Origin: Psammoneis japonica
Lineage: Eukaryota
Direction of reading: 5' to 3'
NCBI GenBank assembly: GCA_008632985.1
Contig: QPGO01000127.1
Span: forward strand, 62,001 to 126,000
Length of the DNA stretch: 64,000 nucleotides
Shown here: piece by piece, positions 59,169 through 64,000 of the stretch
How the letters are laid out: each line of letters opens with the position of its first letter
How positions within the stretch are numbered: the stretch's first letter is position 1
Translations under genes and position numbers: made by a program
The notes under the pieces: model-generated
What the model saw: only the letters and a program-made list of their open reading frames with translations
Database searches by the model: none
Told to the model about the DNA's origin: nothing

Positions 59169-62100
59169 CAAGCTGGGCACTGGCCGCCTCCCAGCCTCTC
59201 TCTGACCCCTCCCACCTCATTCCTACGTGGCAACGTGACTCCACTCCCTTCTGGAAGCTGCTCTTGCTCTTTGAAGCTCTCATTCTTGCTCCTGTCCCGC
59301 CACGCTCCAAGTTTGGCCCTGCCATTGCCTCCCGCTTGTCCCTCTTCCGCCGTGGCTGCATTCGCCAACTCCACCACGAAGCCTGCTCCCATGCGCCACG
59401 CCTCTCCTCATCTTCCCCCGACTTTTCTGCTTCCACCCATTGCTGCTCCGCTCAAGTTTGCGCCGACGAAGACAACTTTCACTCGGCCTGCTCCAAGCTC
59501 ACCTCTGCGCTTCCTGTTGCTGCCGTCACTCCTGAACGCCTTCCCACCATCCTCAAGCTCTACCCTCCTCGCCTCCACCCCTCCGACCCACCTAATCCTC
59601 CTTCAACTCGCTCGGCCTCCTCCCTTCATAATGAGCCCATTGAGCTCTCCTCCGATGTTCTTCTTTCCGCTCTCTCCAAATGTAAGCCTGGGACTGCTGC
59701 CGGTGTTTTTGCTGATTCTACCGACCTTTTCAAGTCCTGCGCCCTCTGTTCCACCAAAACCCCAACAGGTGTTGCTCAACACCCCTGCTTGTCATCCTTT
59801 CGTGAGATTGTCCTTCTTCTGCTCCACGGCTCCATTCCTTCCTCCGTCCATTCCTTGTTTGCTTCGAACTGCTTTGTCGCTTTGCACAAAGATCCCAGCG
59901 ACCTCAACAAGCTTCGCCCCATTGGCGTCGGCACTGCTCTTCGTCGCATCGCCGGCTCCGTCGTCATGACTCTCTTTGGTTCTGCATTTGCCGAGTGCCT
60001 CCTCCCAGATGGCCAATTTGGCATTGGTGTCAAAGGTGGCCTCGATCATCTCATGCACTCTGCTCTTGCCAACATTGAACGATGTCTTTCTTCTGCCGAC
60101 TCTACCAAGGCTCTTCTTCTTCTTGACCTCGTCAACATGTTCAACGAAACATCTCGAGATGCCTGTCGACACGTTCTCACTTCCACCCCTGCCTTTCATC
60201 CTCTGCTTCCTTTTTTTGACCTTTTGTGTCAAAGTTCCAACACATGTTGGTGTCGCCGACCCGATTCTTCCTGGGGCTCCTTTCTTCAAGAAGAGGGATT
60301 TGCCCAAGGATGCCCTCTCGGCCCTGTCTTCGCCAGCCTGGTCCTCTCTCTGGTTCTTCGTCCGATTAACCAAGAACTTCAAGAACGTATCCCTGGCCGT
60401 TCCTCTGTCTCAGTTGGCTCCTACATTGACGATGCTCACGCTTTCCTTCCCCATTCTGTGCTCCCATGGTTCCTTGAACGCTTCTCCGCCCTCGGTGCCC
60501 CCTGCGGAATCTCCCTCAACCTCCGTAAAACCAAGATCCTCACCTCCATTGCCGGTGTCAGCCCCATCCCTGCTCTTCCCCCTTCCCGCGCCGACTCTCT
60601 CCGTGCTGCACTTTCCTTCTTAAACCCTGCCAATGACCCCTCTTGCAACCCCGAACTCACCTCTGGTGTTCGCTTCCTTGGACAGCCCCTCGGCTCCCAC
60701 GACTTCGCCACCTCCTTCCTCTCCGACACCTCCTCTACTCTCTCCGACAAAGTTGATGTGCTTCTCACCCATCTCCATGACAAACAAACCCAGGCTCAAC
60801 TCTTCAAGCACTGTTTTGTTCCATCCTCTGCTCACCTCCTTGGAGCTGACTTCTGCCACAACTTCGACCCCGACAATCCTTCCGACCCCTTTCTCTGGAC
60901 CTCTCCGTTTCAAGATTTCCTCCTCACCGTTGCTCACCGCTTTCTACACTGCGTCACTTCCTTTGCCGCTCCTTTTCCCGACCACTCCATTGCCATCGCC
61001 TTCCTTCCTGCCTCCTTGGGCGGGTTTGGTCTCCGAGACCCCACAGCCACTGCCATTCCTTCCTTCTTGGTGTCGCTTCTCCGCTCGTTCCGCTTTGCTT
61101 CGCACGGTGTCAGCCTGCCATCTGGCGCTTCTGTTTCCCTTCCGCGCTGCTTTCGGCTCTCCCTGTCTTCCTGGTCCAACCCTTGCTCTTCCCTGCGACT
61201 CCATGCGCTCTTCCGCCGTTGTGCTCCCGTTCTGGCTTCCACCTCTGCCCTTTCCTCTTCTTCCTTGGCTGCCCTGGTTAAATCGGCCACTCTCCCCGGC
61301 CTGGCCCATCGTCTCTACCACGAACATCAGCAACAAGCAGTGACCTCCATCCTTGCTAACTCATCTTACGACGTGCAATCTTCACTCCCTTCATTGCCAT
61401 CTCCGCTTGCAAGCCTTCCTCTTCATTCCTTCTCTCGTCGCTTTCCAAGCTCCCGCCTTTCTTCGGACGCTTACGCTGTCGCCGCCCTTCGTAAGCTTCG
61501 TCTCCCCATCCTTCCTCCGTCCCTTGTCAACACTCCCTGTCCCTGTGGCCATGCCATTCTGGACGCCTGTGGTGATCATGCCTTTTCTTGCCGCCGTGCT
61601 CACAAGTCCAAGCTTTCCAATGGTCTCCGTGACACTGTTTTCATCCTAGCCCAAACTTTGGGTCCTCTTGCAGAGTTCTGTCGATCCCCCAATGACGTTC
61701 ATCTTGAACCCACCAACCTGCTCCCCACCCGCCCGCTTCTCCGTCCCACCGATGTCGGCATTTCTGTCCCCCCTCCCGCCTCCCTTTCCGCTCCCTCCCG
61801 CCATCACTACATTGCAGTGGACGTCACTGTCCCTCAAGCTTCCTCTCGCCCTCCTCCAGGTCTGCCTGCCCCCTCTTCTCCTGTCTCAACTGAGGCACAC
61901 CACTCGAGCGCGAGATTGAAGTTTCTTGGCCCCTCTGCTTCCTCCACCGATGGATCCCTTGTTGTTTCTTCGCTTGACAACAATGGCATCTTCCTGCTCC
62001 CCTTCACTGTCGATCACCTTGGTGGTCTCGGCCACTTTGCCCACCGCTTGCTCTTTGGTTCTACATCCCCCCCCGTCTGCTCTCAGCCCAAGCCACCCTG

Positions 62101-62461
62101 GTCCTCTTCCTCTGACCTTCATCACTCCGATGCCTCCTACTCCGCCTTCCTCTACGCTTTGTCGTCTCCGTCTGCAATCCTTCCCTCTGCTGACTCCGCA
62201 TGGCGTCGCCTGTCCGCCGATCGCTTTGGAAGCACCTACCGTACAGCCACCCCATCCCAGTGGGCCACCCAAACTCTTGGCTACAACGTTGTTCTTCACC
62301 TTTCTACGCACATCCTCCGATTCACCTCCTCTCTCCCTGCCCCCTCCTCACCCATACCTTCCACAAAACGCCCTTCGTCTTGCATCCATCGACCCTTTTA
62401 CTCTACCGTCTCTACAGCTACCTCCGTGCCTCCCTCTGCTGTTACCTTCCGCTCTACATAG
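58730..62461 (+). CDS. CRE-type polyprotein: two C2H2 zinc fingers, reverse transcriptase, CCHC finger and RLE endonuclease
   Basis: CPFC...HSHLRQEH, CRHC...HLQNKH, LRPIGVGTALRRIAG, QFGIGVKGG, LDLVNMFN, GFAQGCPLGP, YIDD, GVRFLGQPLG, LGGFGL, CPCG...GDHAFSC, RPTDVG and AVDVTV. Confidence 0.92.
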   Translation: MEPTEARAPPTCPFCSWSPPSIDAPSLPTSMHSHLRQEHPRLSLSHVPASFFDAAGLHVCRHCDHSQCTCLSATHLRNHLQNKHFAPRSSLDTDIVLSSFHDLGDWGPSLQWLHALALEPPPFRASCRRKLSSSARKELYSALHHVTSWALAASQPLSDPSHLIPTWQRDSTPFWKLLLLFEALILAPVPPRSKFGPAIASRLSLFRRGCIRQLHHEACSHAPRLSSSSPDFSASTHCCSAQVCADEDNFHSACSKLTSALPVAAVTPERLPTILKLYPPRLHPSDPPNPPSTRSASSLHNEPIELSSDVLLSALSKCKPGTAAGVFADSTDLFKSCALCSTKTPTGVAQHPCLSSFREIVLLLLHGSIPSSVHSLFASNCFVALHKDPSDLNKLRPIGVGTALRRIAGSVVMTLFGSAFAECLLPDGQFGIGVKGGLDHLMHSALANIERCLSSADSTKALLLLDLVNMFNETSRDACRHVLTSTPAFHPLLPFFDLLCQSSNTCWCRRPDSSWGSFLQEEGFAQGCPLGPVFASLVLSLVLRPINQELQERIPGRSSVSVGSYIDDAHAFLPHSVLPWFLERFSALGAPCGISLNLRKTKILTSIAGVSPIPALPPSRADSLRAALSFLNPANDPSCNPELTSGVRFLGQPLGSHDFATSFLSDTSSTLSDKVDVLLTHLHDKQTQAQLFKHCFVPSSAHLLGADFCHNFDPDNPSDPFLWTSPFQDFLLTVAHRFLHCVTSFAAPFPDHSIAIAFLPASLGGFGLRDPTATAIPSFLVSLLRSFRFASHGVSLPSGASVSLPRCFRLSLSSWSNPCSSLRLHALFRRCAPVLASTSALSSSSLAALVKSATLPGLAHRLYHEHQQQAVTSILANSSYDVQSSLPSLPSPLASLPLHSFSRRFPSSRLSSDAYAVAALRKLRLPILPPSLVNTPCPCGHAILDACGDHAFSCRRAHKSKLSNGLRDTVFILAQTLGPLAEFCRSPNDVHLEPTNLLPTRPLLRPTDVGISVPPPASLSAPSRHHYIAVDVTVPQASSRPPPGLPAPSSPVSTEAHHSSARLKFLGPSASSTDGSLVVSSLDNNGIFLLPFTVDHLGGLGHFAHRLLFGSTSPPVCSQPKPPWSSSSDLHHSDASYSAFLYALSSPSAILPSADSAWRRLSADRFGSTYRTATPSQWATQTLGYNVVLHLSTHILRFTSSLPAPSSPIPSTKRPSSCIHRPFYSTVSTATSVPPSAVTFRST

Positions 62462-62617
62462 GCTTCCTTAATCTTCTATTTTAAAAAACACCCGTAGTTC
62501 AAGTGTATTTTACTCGGTGGTAGTCTTTTACTGCAAACCGGTCATCCCTTTTGAACTTAATCTATGAAAACTATGGAGTCGCAACAACTCCCCAACTGTC
62601 GCTTCTGTTCTCACGCA

Positions 62618-64000
62618 TTAGGCCACCTTGCCCAAGGCCTGATCCAAATCAGAGATAATGTCCTCCACAGTTTCCAATCCAATGCTGAGACGAATCAATT
62701 CAGGCGCAACTCCCGCCGCACGTAATTGGTCCTCCTTGAGCTGAGAATGAGTCGTGGTGGCAGGATGAATGGCAAGAGACCTGGCATCACCCACATTGGC
62801 CACGTGCGAGAACAATCCAAGCGCGTCAATAAACTGTTGTCCCGCCGTGTTGGCATCGTCAGCATCCACTCCAAACACCACCATGGCACCACCCTTGCCC
62901 TTTAGATACTTTTGAGCCTTTTCATACTCAGAGTCGGTAGGAAGTCCAGGATATTTGACCCACGCAACCTTGGGGTGGTCCTTGAGGAACTCTGCAACCT
63001 TGAGTGCGTTCTCGCAATGGCGCTCCATTCGGAGGCTGAGGGTCTCAATTCCCTGAATAATCATCCAAGCATTGTCGGGCGACAAGCATCCTCCAAGGTT
63101 CCTCAAGGGCACGGTAAGAGCACGTAGTTTGAAGGCGAGCGGAGCCAGTGATTCAGGTAGATCGTGTCCCCAACGCAGTCCAGCATAGGAGGTATCGGGA
63201 ATGTCGTAAAGCGGATGATGTCCGCCGCCCCAGTTGAATCCACCCTTATCGACAATAATACCGCCCAAACAGGCACCGTGTCCACCGATCCACTTGGTAC
63301 AAGAGTTGGCGAGAATATCGGCACCAAACTCAAAGGGTCGACAGAGGTAGGGAGTCGAAAAGGTCGAATCGACAATGAGTGGTAGACCCAAGGCGTGAGC
63401 GCGGTTGGCAATCTCTTCAATGTCAAAAATCTCTAGAGAAGGATTGGATACGGACTCACAGAAAAAGGCACGCGTCTTGTCGTCGGCCATTGCGGTAAAA
63501 TTATCCGGATCTCCGCCATCCACAAAGCGAACCTCGATTCCGAGATTCGGAAGAAGATCGTTAAACATGCTAAAGATTTTTGTTGCAGAAAGTATCAGGA
63601 ACGAGTGTGAGGAATTACCACGAGTCTCCATGATTCATGCAAGTCACATATAACATACTTACGTGTAAGTACCGCCATAAAGAGCAGAGGCCGAGACAAC
63701 GTTGTCACCCTTTGACGCAAGATTTGCAATACTGTAAAAGATTGCGTTGGTTCCTGACGCCACTGCTAAACCAGCAAGAGGATGACCACCCTCCAACTGA
63801 GCATAACGCGATTCCAAAACATGGTTGGTGGGGTTCATGAGGCGAGAGTAAATGTTTCCGAGCTCCTTGAGCGCAAACAAGTTGGCCGCGTGTTCTGTAT
63901 CACGAAATACAAACGGAGTGGTGCGGTAGACGGGCACTCCTCTCGGAGCGCCTTGTCCCAGACCAAACGTCGCTCCGGTATCAGGCTGATATCCTCCATG
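62618..64000 (-). CDS. MET17: O-acetylhomoserine/O-acetylserine sulfhydrylase (5'-truncated by the window; intron 63570-63662)
   Basis: [40 protein letters not shown] (PLP lysine), [21 protein letters not shown] and IRLSIGLE. Confidence 0.95.

Larger units (their letters stand above)
56340..62488 (+). mobile_element. CRE-clade non-LTR retrotransposon (RT plus restriction-like endonuclease), ~6.1 kb
   Basis: Abrupt switch to a C/T-rich + strand at ~56340; two long ORFs; ends in a short A-run at ~62483-62488. The 5' boundary is approximate. Confidence 0.88.

Noticed and set aside
56341..62492. ACACC as the TSD of the CRE element
   Set aside because: The match is too short and the 5' boundary too uncertain to support it.

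Overview
Eukaryotic DNA with GT-AG introns. The gene content and style suggest a pennate diatom (inference). Ordinary host genes include a DUF1769 protein, a CBS-domain protein, a bestrophin, an HSF transcription factor, an importin-11-like protein, a protein kinase, an Hsp70-like protein, an HDAC-domain protein, a 5'-nucleotidase-domain protein, an FkbM methyltransferase and O-acetylhomoserine sulfhydrylase. These alternate with transposon territory: a full-length Ty1/Copia LTR element (3293-10286), a CRE-type non-LTR element (~56340-62488), two copies of a 400-bp MITE with 4-bp TSDs, a 2-kb TA-flanked TIR element, a ~365-bp tandem repeat and long unclassified degenerate tracts. The main discovery is a repeat-restricted mutation signature in which TpA is converted to TpG or CpA (A:T->G:C on both strands), the reverse direction of fungal RIP. 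It shows in LTR-LTR, TSD-TSD and tandem-copy comparisons and in Tyr->Cys/His replacement in transposon proteins. It stops sharply at host genes, and the surviving TA sites fall mostly in TYTA/TARA contexts. Many host genes carry single frameshifts that are probably assembly indel errors.
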